A stretch of 42,403 nt of DNA from Candidatus Peregrinibacteria bacterium (GTDB lineage: Bacteria > Patescibacteriota > Gracilibacteria > UBA1369 > UM-FILTER-53-11). Location: NCBI GenBank assembly GCA_023245725.1, contig JAHFJU010000005.1, forward strand, positions 1 through 42,403. The letters run 5' to 3'. A program made the translations under genes and the position numbers. Positions 27,506 to 36,512 of this stretch are shown one piece after another. The notes below the pieces were generated by a model that was not told where the DNA came from, made no database searches, and saw only the letters and a program-made list of their open reading frames with translations. The first letter of the stretch is position 1, and each line of letters starts with the position of its first letter.

Positions 27506-28792
27506 CTAAAAAGGAGATGTTTCGTGCAAATCCCTAACAATTTTTTCAAGTTCCTTTATTACAATTTCAATTTCTTTTTCTGTTGTTGAGTGACCGAGAG
27601 TGAAGCGAGTTGCAGAGCGGCTCCACACATCATCGGCAACCTCGCCGCCTAAAGCGGCTATCACATGTGATTTTTCCATAGACCCTGACGAACAGGCAGA
27701 ACCGCTTGAGGCTGCGATTTTAGCCATGTCGAGTCTAACCAAAATCGTCTCACCATGAAGACCCATAAATGAAACATTCACATTATTTGGCAATCTTTTT
27801 TCACGTGAACCGTTGAGTCGCGTATTTGGAATTTTCAAAATTCCGTCAATCAATTTGTCACGCAAAATAAGTAGGCGAGAGCTTTCTTCTTCACGATTTT
27901 CTTGTGCAAATTCCAGTGCCGCCGCAAATCCGACAATACCTGCGACATTTTCAGTTCCCGATCTCATGCGATATTCTTGGCCGCCACCGAGTAACTGAGG
28001 AATGAGTTTTACCGCTCCGTGAGCGCCACCGCGAACATACAAACAACCAACTCCTTTTGGCCCATAGATTTTTCCACTATTGAGAGTCATAGAATCGACA
28101 CCGAGTTCATCTACATTTAAAGAAAGATACGGAGCACCCTGACATGCATCGGTATGCAACAGCGCAGAAAAACAAAAAGGAGTTCGTGCCGACGAAAATT
28201 CGGCATTTTTTTTCTTCAAAATAGACGCACACTCGCGTACTGGTTGAACAGTACCAATCTCATTGTTCGCATACATAATCGAGACAAAAACAGTCTCATT
28301 GGTAATCGCTTTTTCAAAATCTTCTAAACTAATTACGCCGTCTTCACCAACATCGAGATACGTTACTCTGAAGCCTTTTTTCGCTAGCTCTTCAATTGGC
28401 ATAAGCACCGATTCATGCTCGATTTTTGTTGTAATAATATGAGGCACAAAGGTTGATTCTACATCAACAACGCGCTCTGAAAATTCAGCACCTTCATCAT
28501 ATTTCCCCCTCCGAATCTCCTCTAAATTTTGAAGTATAAATTCTCCAACTCCTTTAATAAAAAGTGAATTCGACTCAGTACCGCCACTTGTAAAAATAAC
28601 CTCGGATTGTTTAGCGCCGACAATTGAAGCAACTTTTTCACGACTTTCATCGACGGCATGACGAGCACGTTGACCAGCCTTATGCAACGACGACGGATTT
28701 GCAAACTCCGTACTCAAATAAGGCATCATCGCCTCGAGAACACGTGGGTCGAGCGGCGTTGCGGCGGAATGATCTAGATAAATTTCAGACAT
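27506..28792 (-). CDS. cysteine desulfurase (class V aminotransferase, NifS/IscS-like)
   Basis: Motifs seen: YLDHSAATP, FTSGGTESN, HTDACQ, SGKIYGPKGVGCLY (PLP lysine region), and SSGSACSSG (catalytic Cys loop). Confidence 0.9.
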   Translation of the reverse strand: MSEIYLDHSAATPLDPRVLEAMMPYLSTEFANPSSLHKAGQRARHAVDESREKVASIVGAKQSEVIFTSGGTESNSLFIKGVGEFILQNLEEIRRGKYDEGAEFSERVVDVESTFVPHIITTKIEHESVLMPIEELAKKGFRVTYLDVGEDGVISLEDFEKAITNETVFVSIMYANNEIGTVQPVRECASILKKKNAEFSSARTPFCFSALLHTDACQGAPYLSLNVDELGVDSMTLNSGKIYGPKGVGCLYVRGGAHGAVKLIPQLLGGGQEYRMRSGTENVAGIVGFAAALEFAQENREEESSRLLILRDKLIDGILKIPNTRLNGSREKRLPNNVNVSFMGLHGETILVRLDMAKIAASSGSACSSGSMEKSHVIAALGGEVADDVWSRSATRFTLGHSTTEKEIEIVIKELEKIVRDLHETSPF

Positions 28793-28814
28793 AAGGAGTA
28801 TATTCTTTTCACGA

Positions 28815-29777
28815 ATGGGTGATCGGGGTAAAAAAATTGCGGTTCATATTCTCTCCATCGGGCTTGTGGCTGCGGTTTTTTTCGTTCTAGGCAGAGAGAT
28901 TTCGTCGCAGTGGCACCTGATTAAAAATTATGAGTTTCATCTGAAGTGGCATCTCGTTCTATTAGCTACAGGAGTGTACAGTATATCATTCTTTTTCCTC
29001 GCAACAGGCTGGTGGCTGCTGTTAAGAAACGTAAATACTCCAATAAAATACTGGGACGCAATTATTTTCTTTTTCATAAGTCTGCCATGCAAATATATTC
29101 CGGGAAAAATATGGACAGCCGTCGCACGAACAAAACTCTGCAAAAAATATTCTGTCAGCACCAGCGTATGTTTTTTAACAACTGGCATTGAGGGAATAAT
29201 GGAAATTTTGGCAGGAATTTATATTTCACTTTTCGCGGTAATTACATCAGTAGACTTTGGACAAGCTGCAAAAATCGGCGCAGGAGCATTTGTTGTTCTT
29301 GGCCTACTTCTGCTTATTCCTCGCATTTTCTACGTATTCATAAATATTTTTTTACGGCTTACTCATCAACCAATAATTTCACACGAAGGTCGCGTTGGGT
29401 TTAAAAAACTTCTCGTTGTTCAAGTCACGTTCGGCCTTGCAATGCTATTAATGGGTGTTTCTCAAGTAATATTTCTCAAGGCATTTACACGTGTTCCAAT
29501 GGAATACACATTGTACCTTGTAAGCCTCGGCACGTTTTCGTATGTCGCTAGCGTTCTCGCTTTTTTCACGCCAAGCGGACTAGGTGTCCGCGAAGGAGTC
29601 TGGTTCATTGCATTAAAAGGAATTGTGGTTGAATACATCGGCTTAATATTCGCCCTCGTCAGCAGATTATGGACAATAATAGTAGAAGCATTAATGTGCT
29701 CTATCGCCTTAGGATTCTTTTTGTTTTTGCGTGAGAATGGCGAAAAATCCAGCGAGGAGGGGAATGTGACCAAATAG
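28815..29777 (+). CDS. UPF0104 / LPG-synthase-TM-like (flippase-like) membrane protein
   Basis: A multi-pass membrane protein with KYIPGKIW and TPSGLGVREG, motifs typical of that family. Confidence 0.6.
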   Translation: MGDRGKKIAVHILSIGLVAAVFFVLGREISSQWHLIKNYEFHLKWHLVLLATGVYSISFFFLATGWWLLLRNVNTPIKYWDAIIFFFISLPCKYIPGKIWTAVARTKLCKKYSVSTSVCFLTTGIEGIMEILAGIYISLFAVITSVDFGQAAKIGAGAFVVLGLLLLIPRIFYVFINIFLRLTHQPIISHEGRVGFKKLLVVQVTFGLAMLLMGVSQVIFLKAFTRVPMEYTLYLVSLGTFSYVASVLAFFTPSGLGVREGVWFIALKGIVVEYIGLIFALVSRLWTIIVEALMCSIALGFFLFLRENGEKSSEEGNVTK

Positions 29778-30692
29778 CTCACCTAAGCCAAAAACAAATA
29801 TCGTTGCCGTGAATAGTCCTATTAATTTAAGCGAAACAATTCGGGGCAAAATGTTGAATATATATAGAATTCCAAACAACACGTAAGACAGACCAGCAGC
29901 ATAGACAAACATTTCATTCGTGAATCCAAACTGTGCCAAAAAATTAATGACGGGGTGTACTGCTAAAATAGCTAACGACATTTGTGGCGTTGTCAGCTTG
30001 AACAAAATCCCCATAGAAATAAAAGAAAGTCCGAAAAGAATACGCATTATTTTCATGGCTAGAACTTCATGGGCAGCTAACCAAGAATTAATTTTTCTAA
30101 GTTTTTCACAGAATAAAAATCCAACATTTGAAGGATTTCCAATTGCAAAAAGGTATACAAAAATTCCAGCGAGAGAAAGATAACTTAGTAAGTTTTTAAG
30201 TGGAAAAAATGCAAAAGCAGCACCATATAACAGGATTGAAATTGCGGCAGCAGGTCGCATAAAAATCCCTAGTACAAAGGCAAAACCGACAACATATTGA
30301 AGCACCCAAAGGGAGATTGAAAATGCAAGCGGAACAGCTTTCAAATGCAAATCCGGCGCAAATAATAGCCCCTGAGAACTTGCCATTATCATCAAAATTC
30401 CGATTGCTCCACGAACTAGTTGAGGAGCGAAAGCACTAACAGACGTAACTTTTTCTTCAATTTTTTTTGAGATTTTAAATTTATTTATGAATGGTCCGAT
30501 AAAAAGTGAAACGATCAATAAAACTACAAAACCGATCGTGATAGCAATCCGTGCCGCACTCCAATCAACAAAAAAATACGGTAGAGGCGACTGCATTTCT
30601 GGCGTACCGGCAAACCACTGTTCATGAGCAAACACAGCAGTTGGAATAAGAAGAGAAATAACAAATATAAGTTTTGAGAGGAGTTTTTTCAT
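29709..30692 (-). CDS. multi-pass membrane protein of unknown function, with a signal-peptide-like N-terminus
   Basis: It has about 8 hydrophobic helices. MKKLLSKLIFVISLLIPTAVFAHEQW is at the N-terminus. TATAAT (complement of 30699-30704) lies 6 nt upstream of the ATG. Confidence 0.6.
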   Translation of the reverse strand: MKKLLSKLIFVISLLIPTAVFAHEQWFAGTPEMQSPLPYFFVDWSAARIAITIGFVVLLIVSLFIGPFINKFKISKKIEEKVTSVSAFAPQLVRGAIGILMIMASSQGLLFAPDLHLKAVPLAFSISLWVLQYVVGFAFVLGIFMRPAAAISILLYGAAFAFFPLKNLLSYLSLAGIFVYLFAIGNPSNVGFLFCEKLRKINSWLAAHEVLAMKIMRILFGLSFISMGILFKLTTPQMSLAILAVHPVINFLAQFGFTNEMFVYAAGLSYVLFGILYIFNILPRIVSLKLIGLFTATIFVFGLGELFGHIPLLAGFFAILTQKQKES

Positions 30693-30698
30693 GCAACG

Positions 30699-30713
30699 AT
30701 TATACTGTATAAT
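30699..30713. promoter_or_regulatory. back-to-back -10 boxes in a 29-bp divergent intergenic region
   Basis: TATAAT on the minus strand (30699-30704) lies 6 nt from the ATG at 30692. TATAAT on the plus strand (30708-30713) lies 8 nt from the lipA ATG at 30722. Confidence 0.5.
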
Positions 30714-30721
30714 GCTGCTCT

Positions 30722-31684
30722 ATGTCATGCAAAGGCTGTATTTACTCACGCGGCGCTAATGCAAACGCCGACACAATGGTTCACCTTGTACAAGGAGGAA
30801 TAAAAAAACCTGCATGGCTTAAAATGAAAGTCGGCTTGCCTAACGAAAAATTCGACAGAATTAATGCAATGGCAAAAGAGCTAAATTTGGCTACAGTATG
30901 CCAATCTGCACACTGCCCAAACGTGGCCGAATGTTGGAGTGGAGGAACAGCAACATTCATGTTAATGGGCGATACCTGCACTCGCGCGTGTAAATTTTGC
31001 AATGTAAAACACGGCAAACCGCAGCCGCTCGACCCAAATGAACCCAAAAATCTGGCCGAGGCAATCGGCAAAATGGGAGTTGATTACGCAGTGATTACTT
31101 GCGTTGACCGCGACGACGTCGAAGACGGCGGAGCGGGTCATTTCGCGGCATGTATTAGCCATCTTCGGGTTGCATATCCTAACGTAAAAGTTGAGGTTTT
31201 GGTCTCTGATTTTCAGGGCAAAAAAAAAGACATTCAAAAAGTTATCGACTCATCACCACATGTTTTTGCTCACAATATAGAAACTGTCGCGCGCCTACAA
31301 AAATCGGTTCGTGACCATCGCGCAAATTACGATCAATCTATAAGCGTTTTGAAATATGTGAAAGATTCACAACCCAAGATGCTCACAAAATCCTCGATAA
31401 TTGTTGGCTTAGGCGAAACCCCCGAAGAGGTGCTTGAAACAATGCGCGACTTGCGCGCGGTTGGTGTTGATTTTCTCACCCTCGGCCAGTATTTGCGACC
31501 GTCAAAATGGAACCTGCCCGTGAAAGAATATGTACCGCTTGAGCAGTATGCCATATACGAAAAAGAAGGCAAAAAAATGGGATTCAAATACGTAGCTGCC
31601 GGCCCATTTGTGAGGTCATCGTATAAGGCAGGGGAGCTGTATATGAAACAGAATTTGAGTACTCCTAATTGCACGAACTCTTAG
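30722..31684 (+). CDS. lipA: lipoyl synthase
   Basis: The auxiliary-cluster region is CQSAHCPNVAECW. The radical-SAM motif is CTRACKFC. Further motifs are SSIIVGLGET and FVRSSY. Confidence 0.92.
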   Translation: MSCKGCIYSRGANANADTMVHLVQGGIKKPAWLKMKVGLPNEKFDRINAMAKELNLATVCQSAHCPNVAECWSGGTATFMLMGDTCTRACKFCNVKHGKPQPLDPNEPKNLAEAIGKMGVDYAVITCVDRDDVEDGGAGHFAACISHLRVAYPNVKVEVLVSDFQGKKKDIQKVIDSSPHVFAHNIETVARLQKSVRDHRANYDQSISVLKYVKDSQPKMLTKSSIIVGLGETPEEVLETMRDLRAVGVDFLTLGQYLRPSKWNLPVKEYVPLEQYAIYEKEGKKMGFKYVAAGPFVRSSYKAGELYMKQNLSTPNCTNS

Positions 31685-32527
31685 CCCCTCGCTTTCCAAA
31701 AAATCCGCCGTAAGAATAATATCGCGAGCACACTTTTGAAGTGCAACACAGACCTTTTCAGGCTCAACCGTACGCCTTTTTAAATCTAAACTTCCATCGA
31801 TATTAACTCTATCAATCAGCAAACTGCGCCAGTCGTATAAACCAAGTTTATGAGTAGAAACTCCAGTCAAACTACGATCAAGAAGCTCAATAACATTCGG
31901 CACTTCTGAATCTGGCGTAATTGAACATCGAGCAAATGGAAGATTTTCGGCATTCGGGAAATTAGGATCGCGGCGACAAGAAAAATTAACTTCGCCTCTT
32001 ATTTCTTCTGTAACAAAACTCATAAAATCACCCGCCTCGTCTGGGTGATATAAGCAATTAAGGCTGCTTCCATCTGGATGTATCAGCTGCATTTGTGGAA
32101 CACAAAATGAATCGTACACTCCATGTCGATCTACCGATTGATGTTCAACCAAACCACGTTCATGAAAATCCAAATCAGTACTTTTTAAAAACGAAACACG
32201 TTCATAAATTGATTGAGCACCAACCAAAGTACATGGAACTCTACTTCTAAAAAGCAACTCCGCATCGAGGCCATACGTAAGCGACCATTTTACATTTTCG
32301 TGTTCATTAGCAAGGCCAAGGCGCCCAACAAAATTACCGGCATTCAAAACACGTTGGCGCATCACCTCTGCTAAAGATAAAATCTTATTATCTCTATTAA
32401 TTGCCGCAAGCATCGACAAAAAAACACCGCGTAATTCATTAAGCGCCGAGTACAACTCTCCTACTGCAAGTTCAAATGAGTTATCAGCCGAAGCGTCCTG
32501 AATTCGCGATCCAATTTCTAACTCCAT
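31616..32527 (-). CDS. hypothetical protein (303 aa), no recognisable family
   Basis: A long ORF with a canonical promoter, TTGACG-16-TATAGT, placed 7 nt upstream of its ATG. The 3' end overlaps lipA convergently by 69 nt. Confidence 0.6.
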   Translation of the reverse strand: MELEIGSRIQDASADNSFELAVGELYSALNELRGVFLSMLAAINRDNKILSLAEVMRQRVLNAGNFVGRLGLANEHENVKWSLTYGLDAELLFRSRVPCTLVGAQSIYERVSFLKSTDLDFHERGLVEHQSVDRHGVYDSFCVPQMQLIHPDGSSLNCLYHPDEAGDFMSFVTEEIRGEVNFSCRRDPNFPNAENLPFARCSITPDSEVPNVIELLDRSLTGVSTHKLGLYDWRSLLIDRVNIDGSLDLKRRTVEPEKVCVALQKCARDIILTADFLESEGLRVRAIRSTQILFHIQLPCLIR

Positions 32528-32534
32528 CTAGTTT

Positions 32535-32562
32535 ACTATACCCCCGAATCGAATTCCGTCAA
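32535..32562 (-). promoter_or_regulatory. promoter: TTGACG (complement of 32557-32562)-16 nt-TATAGT (complement of 32535-32540), 7 nt from the ATG at 32527
   Basis: Verified base by base on the minus strand. Confidence 0.6.
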
Positions 32563-32623
32563 TTGTTTCTGCCCGATATAAAGACGCTACTGCCCAATCC
32601 TTTCGAACCTGATAGCAAAGGCT

Positions 32624-32651
32624 TTGCCATACTCTCAGTTGCCTCTATAAT
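32624..32651 (+). promoter_or_regulatory. promoter: TTGCCA(32624-32629)-16 nt-TATAAT(32646-32651), 8 nt from the ATG at 32660
   Basis: Verified base by base. Confidence 0.55.
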
Positions 32652-32659
32652 GCTCCCAC

Positions 32660-33736
32660 ATGTCACTCATAGAATCCTTCAACCCGCTCACCGACCCGAT
32701 GATTCAGGTTATGAATGAGTCTGGCGAAATTGTGCGCCCCGACCTGATGCCGAATTGGAGTACAGAGAAAATTAAAGAGGCATACGCGACGATGATTTTG
32801 GTGCGCGTGGCAGACGCGAAGTTTACGAACATGCAACGACAAGGAAGATGCGGCACTTACCCATCTGTCGAAGGCCATGAGGCAATTCAAATTGGTAGCG
32901 GATTTGAGCTGCAAAAAACAGACTGGGTTTTCCCGGCGTTTCGCGAGTTGCCAATTTGCTATGTGCATGGAATGCCACTCGAAAAAATCCTTTTATACTG
33001 GCTTGGAAACGAATGGGGGAGCCATACAGACGCATGCGTCGCGCCTGTGTCGATTCCTGTTGGCAGTCACATGCTACATGCGGTTGGCTATGCATGGGCG
33101 ATGCGACTTCAAAAAAAACCCGTCATTACCGTTTCATATTTTGGTGATGGCGCAACCTCAGAAGGTGATTTTTATGAAGCTATGAATTTTGCAGGAGTTA
33201 ATAAAGCCGGTTCTATTTTCATGTGTCAAAATAACAATTACGCAATTTCTACTCCGCGCTCAAAACAAACAGTTGCAAAAACGTTGGCACAAAAGGCAAT
33301 TTCAGCTGGAATTCCGGGGGTCGTGGTTGATGGTCTCGATATTTTTGCCATGGCGACCGTAACTAAATTAGCTGCCGATCGCGCGCGCAACAATAACGAA
33401 CCAACGCTTATTGAAGCCATTAACTATCGCTACGGAAACCACACAACTTCAGACGACTCAGGGCGATATCGAACCAAAGAAGAGGTAGAGGAGTGGAGAA
33501 AAAAAGATCCTGTTATGCGACTCAAATTGTATCTACAGAAAAACAATTTATGGAGCGAAGCGTGGGAACAAAAAATTCGAGAAGATGCCGATGTAAAAGT
33601 ACGAGCAGCGGTTGAGATTGGCGAAAACTTTCCCGTGCAGACCGTCGATGAAATTTTTGATTATATGTACGAAAAACCAACGCCTGCATTAATTGAACAG
33701 AAAGAATATTTAAAGGGATTTTTAGGGAACCAGTAA
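32660..33736 (+). CDS. 2-oxoacid (pyruvate/branched-chain) dehydrogenase E1 alpha subunit
   Basis: The TPP motif is YFGDGATSEGDFYEAMNFAGV...MCQNNNYAIST, and YRYGNHTTSDD is also present. Confidence 0.9.
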   Translation: MSLIESFNPLTDPMIQVMNESGEIVRPDLMPNWSTEKIKEAYATMILVRVADAKFTNMQRQGRCGTYPSVEGHEAIQIGSGFELQKTDWVFPAFRELPICYVHGMPLEKILLYWLGNEWGSHTDACVAPVSIPVGSHMLHAVGYAWAMRLQKKPVITVSYFGDGATSEGDFYEAMNFAGVNKAGSIFMCQNNNYAISTPRSKQTVAKTLAQKAISAGIPGVVVDGLDIFAMATVTKLAADRARNNNEPTLIEAINYRYGNHTTSDDSGRYRTKEEVEEWRKKDPVMRLKLYLQKNNLWSEAWEQKIREDADVKVRAAVEIGENFPVQTVDEIFDYMYEKPTPALIEQKEYLKGFLGNQ

Positions 33737-33827
33737 AAACTGATATGTATACTGCATATACTTACTATACATATAGTTATACATATTGAAATTGCCCTTA
33801 TTTTAAGCCGATTTACGACTATCCGCC

Positions 33828-33855
33828 TTGACTTCTGTATTTTTTGTGCTATAAG
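33828..33855 (+). promoter_or_regulatory. promoter: TTGACT(33828-33833)-16 nt-TGcTATAAG (extended -10, hexamer 33850-33855)
   Basis: Read directly from the sequence. It shares the CGCCTTGAC block with the promoters at 3296 and 4189. Confidence 0.55.
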
Positions 33856-33881
33856 TATTCTTCAGCTTTGTAATAATTACT

Positions 33882-34790
33882 ATGAAAAAACTACTCATCT
33901 CTTTTGTCGCGTTCACCCTATTATCTTTAGTCGGCCCTCAAACAACACTTGCAGCCGGACTACCCGATTTGGTCGTAAATCAGTTCAACATAAATAGAAT
34001 GGAGTGGCGCCAAATGCCGGACTGCGACCACAACGCCTGCCAAAATAATGTATGGAAACTCCTAATCGAATTTCAATTATCAGTTCAAAATATAGGTAAC
34101 GCACCTGCGTGGATTGCAAATGCCAACTTTGAATCGAGCGGAATTTTAGACAAACTCATTTATAAAAAAACAGGCGCGATCGTTAGTAGCCGAGTTAACT
34201 GGGAGTCTGTACCGAATCCTCTAAATATCGGAGCGGCTGACTTACTTGCAGGTAAAATATACGTCGACGAAAGCGTTAACGTTGTAAAATTGCTCGATAC
34301 ATACTCAATGTGCTTCGAAATAACAGATCGCCCAACAGACCCTCAGCAAAATTGGGTTTTGGAAGAATCAAACACGATAAACAACAAATCATGTTTTGAT
34401 TTCGTTATGAATGTAGGCAAACACAACCTTCCGAATCCTGCCGTTACAAGAATGAACACCCTTCAATTAGTGCAGCGAAATGCCGACGGAAGTGCCGATT
34501 TACGGGTTTCAGCTACAATTACAAACAAGACCCCATGGGTTTATGTAGATCATTTTATATACATTTTTCAGATAGAAAATAACGGTGCTCAACAGTCATT
34601 TTGTAGAGGAGCTATTATGCCGGGACTTCACGCGCTAGAGGCTACAGTTGTTAGCTGTAATATTCATTTGGAGGCGAATACAGCTGCTCCCGGTGTATAT
34701 AATGTCGGCGCTCTCATCGACATAAATAACGATATTATCGAAACTAGCGAGATTGATAATCAGCTGTTTGTTCCGGTGCAGATTTTATAA
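33882..34790 (+). CDS. secreted protein with two CARDB-like beta-sandwich repeats (tentative)
   Basis: The signal peptide is MKKLLISFVAFTLLSLVGPQTTLAA. LPDLVVNQFNI...LSVQNIGNAPA and LPNPAVTRMN...VSATITNKTPW resemble CARDB repeat starts and cores. Confidence 0.6.
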   Translation: MKKLLISFVAFTLLSLVGPQTTLAAGLPDLVVNQFNINRMEWRQMPDCDHNACQNNVWKLLIEFQLSVQNIGNAPAWIANANFESSGILDKLIYKKTGAIVSSRVNWESVPNPLNIGAADLLAGKIYVDESVNVVKLLDTYSMCFEITDRPTDPQQNWVLEESNTINNKSCFDFVMNVGKHNLPNPAVTRMNTLQLVQRNADGSADLRVSATITNKTPWVYVDHFIYIFQIENNGAQQSFCRGAIMPGLHALEATVVSCNIHLEANTAAPGVYNVGALIDINNDIIETSEIDNQLFVPVQIL

Positions 34791-34799
34791 GGAGCAATC

Positions 34800-34808
34800 T
34801 GCTATAAT
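34800..34808 (+). promoter_or_regulatory. extended -10 TGcTATAAT, 8 nt upstream of the E1beta ATG
   Basis: Verified base by base. I saw no good -35. Confidence 0.45.
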
Positions 34809-34816
34809 CTGCCTAC

Positions 34817-35791
34817 ATGATTCTCACCATCGCCGACGCGATATCACTGGCACTCAAACAAGAAATGGCTCATGACTCAACCGTTATGTTAATGGGCGAA
34901 GACGTTGGCGTGGGCGGAGGCGTGTTTAGAATTAGCGATGGCCTACAAAAATTATATGGAGCAGAGCGGGTTATTGATACGCCACTCGCCGAGTCAGGCA
35001 TTGTGGGAACGGCAATTGGGCTAGCTATGGCTGGTATGAAACCGATCTGCGAAATGCAGTTTGATGGATTTGTGTATCCCGCTTTCGACCAGATAGTCAG
35101 CCACGTTGCACGTATGCGCAACCGAACGCGCGGCAAACTTACTTGCCCGTTGGTAATTCGTTTTCCGTATTCCGGTGGAGTGCGTGCGCTTGAGCATCAC
35201 TCCGAAAGTCCCGAGGTTTACTACATTCATACTCCGGGGTTAAAAGTTGTTTGTCCTTCAACTCCTTATGATGCAAAAGGGCTTCTTGTAGCGGCAATTC
35301 GCGACCCTGATCCGGTTATTTTTATGGAACCTAAAAAATTATATCGTGCAATTAAAGAGGAGGTTCCCGAAGAGGAGTACACAGTTGAAATTGGCAAAGC
35401 ACGAGTAATGATCGAGGGGAGTGACGTGACGGTTATTGGCTGGGGGGCAATGATTCCGACTGTTTTAAAAGCTCAAAATATTTTGGCAAAAGAGGGAATT
35501 TCGCTCGAGGTTATTGATCTGCGCACACTTTCGCCGCTCGACACTGAAACTATTTTAGAGTCAGTAACAAAAACCGGCCGTTGCGTAATAATTCAAGAAG
35601 CACCTAGAACATGCGGTTTCGCCGCCGAAATTTCGGCGTTAATTATGGAAAAAGCTTTGTTTAGTTTACAGGCGCCCGTTGAGCGAGTAACAGGCTTCGA
35701 CACCGTGATGCCACTTTTAAAAGGTGAAGATTTATATTTGCCAAACGAAGTACGATTGATTGATGGAATTAGAAAGGTGATGGGGAGGTAG
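34817..35791 (+). CDS. 2-oxoacid dehydrogenase E1 beta subunit
   Basis: Motifs seen: [38 protein letters not shown], and the transketolase C-terminal domain. Confidence 0.92.
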   Translation: MILTIADAISLALKQEMAHDSTVMLMGEDVGVGGGVFRISDGLQKLYGAERVIDTPLAESGIVGTAIGLAMAGMKPICEMQFDGFVYPAFDQIVSHVARMRNRTRGKLTCPLVIRFPYSGGVRALEHHSESPEVYYIHTPGLKVVCPSTPYDAKGLLVAAIRDPDPVIFMEPKKLYRAIKEEVPEEEYTVEIGKARVMIEGSDVTVIGWGAMIPTVLKAQNILAKEGISLEVIDLRTLSPLDTETILESVTKTGRCVIIQEAPRTCGFAAEISALIMEKALFSLQAPVERVTGFDTVMPLLKGEDLYLPNEVRLIDGIRKVMGR

Positions 35792-35861
35792 TGGTTAAAT
35801 AATGATCTATTACATCATATCTCTTCATCAAACGTGATGAATCGCTTTCTACTAAGAAATA

Positions 35862-35906
35862 TGCTATAATTGTACTGGAACTTAGTTTAAACCTAAGGTT
35901 CAGTAC
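35862..35906 (+). promoter_or_regulatory. extended -10 TGcTATAAT (35862-35870), followed by an imperfect 14-15-bp inverted repeat (35872-35906) ahead of abiEi
   Basis: GTACTGGAACTTAG-TTTAAAC-CTAAGGTTCAGTAC. The outer 6 bp are perfect and the inner arm pairs with single-nucleotide bulges. It sits at or just after the expected TSS. Confidence 0.45.
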
Positions 35907-35911
35907 ATATT

Positions 35912-36508
35912 ATGAATGATACTCCAACTAAGGGAGAATACCTGGCACGAATCCTTCGAGCTCCTCAAACTGTCTTTACCGTCAAAGATGTCGCTTTGTT
36001 ATGGAAAACTGAAATAAAAAATCGAGAGCAAGTACGATTGAGCGAATACGTAAAAAACAAGAAATTGATACGGATACATAGGGGAATTTACGCCAAAGAC
36101 GAAAATTATAATCGCCTTGAGTTAGCTACACGAATCTATACTCCTTCGTACATAAGTTTTGAAACCGTTCTTACTCAAGAAGGAATAAACTTTCAATTTT
36201 ACAACAATATGTTTGTGGCTTCGTATGTAACGCGGAATATTGAGGTGAAAGGCCAAAAAATTTCATTTCTAAGAATGAAAGACTACGTTCTCAGCGATAT
36301 AACAGGCATCGAAAATAATAATGGCGTCGCTATGGCAACAAAAGAACGCGCGTTTCTTGATAGAATATATATCAGTAGAGAATATCACTTCGATAATCTA
36401 AATGGGCTTGATTGGGGAAAAGTTTTTGAAATTTTGCCCATCTATCACAACAAGAAAATGAATAAAAAAGTGCAAGAATATTTTGAACACTATAAACATA
36501 ACCAGTAA
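35912..36508 (+). CDS. abiEi: AbiEi-family antitoxin / transcriptional regulator (type IV TA / abortive infection)
   Basis: The N-terminal wHTH-like region VFTVKDVALLW...KLIRIHRGIYAK is typical of AbiEi. It lies immediately upstream of an AbiEii gene. Confidence 0.6.
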   Translation: MNDTPTKGEYLARILRAPQTVFTVKDVALLWKTEIKNREQVRLSEYVKNKKLIRIHRGIYAKDENYNRLELATRIYTPSYISFETVLTQEGINFQFYNNMFVASYVTRNIEVKGQKISFLRMKDYVLSDITGIENNNGVAMATKERAFLDRIYISREYHFDNLNGLDWGKVFEILPIYHNKKMNKKVQEYFEHYKHNQ

Positions 36509-36512
36509 TACC

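Noticed and set aside
29709-29777. Two convergent gene pairs overlap by exactly 69 nt (29709-29777 and 31616-31684)
   Set aside because: The equal length is most likely coincidence. The overlapping tails are non-conserved C-terminal extensions that simply run to the first stop codon. I saw no shared sequence between the two overlaps.
34789-34794. AAGGAG upstream of the E1beta gene as a possible Shine-Dalgarno sequence
   Set aside because: It lies 22 nt from the ATG, which is too far, and it overlaps the stop codon of the preceding gene. A -10 box 8 nt from the ATG explains the region better.
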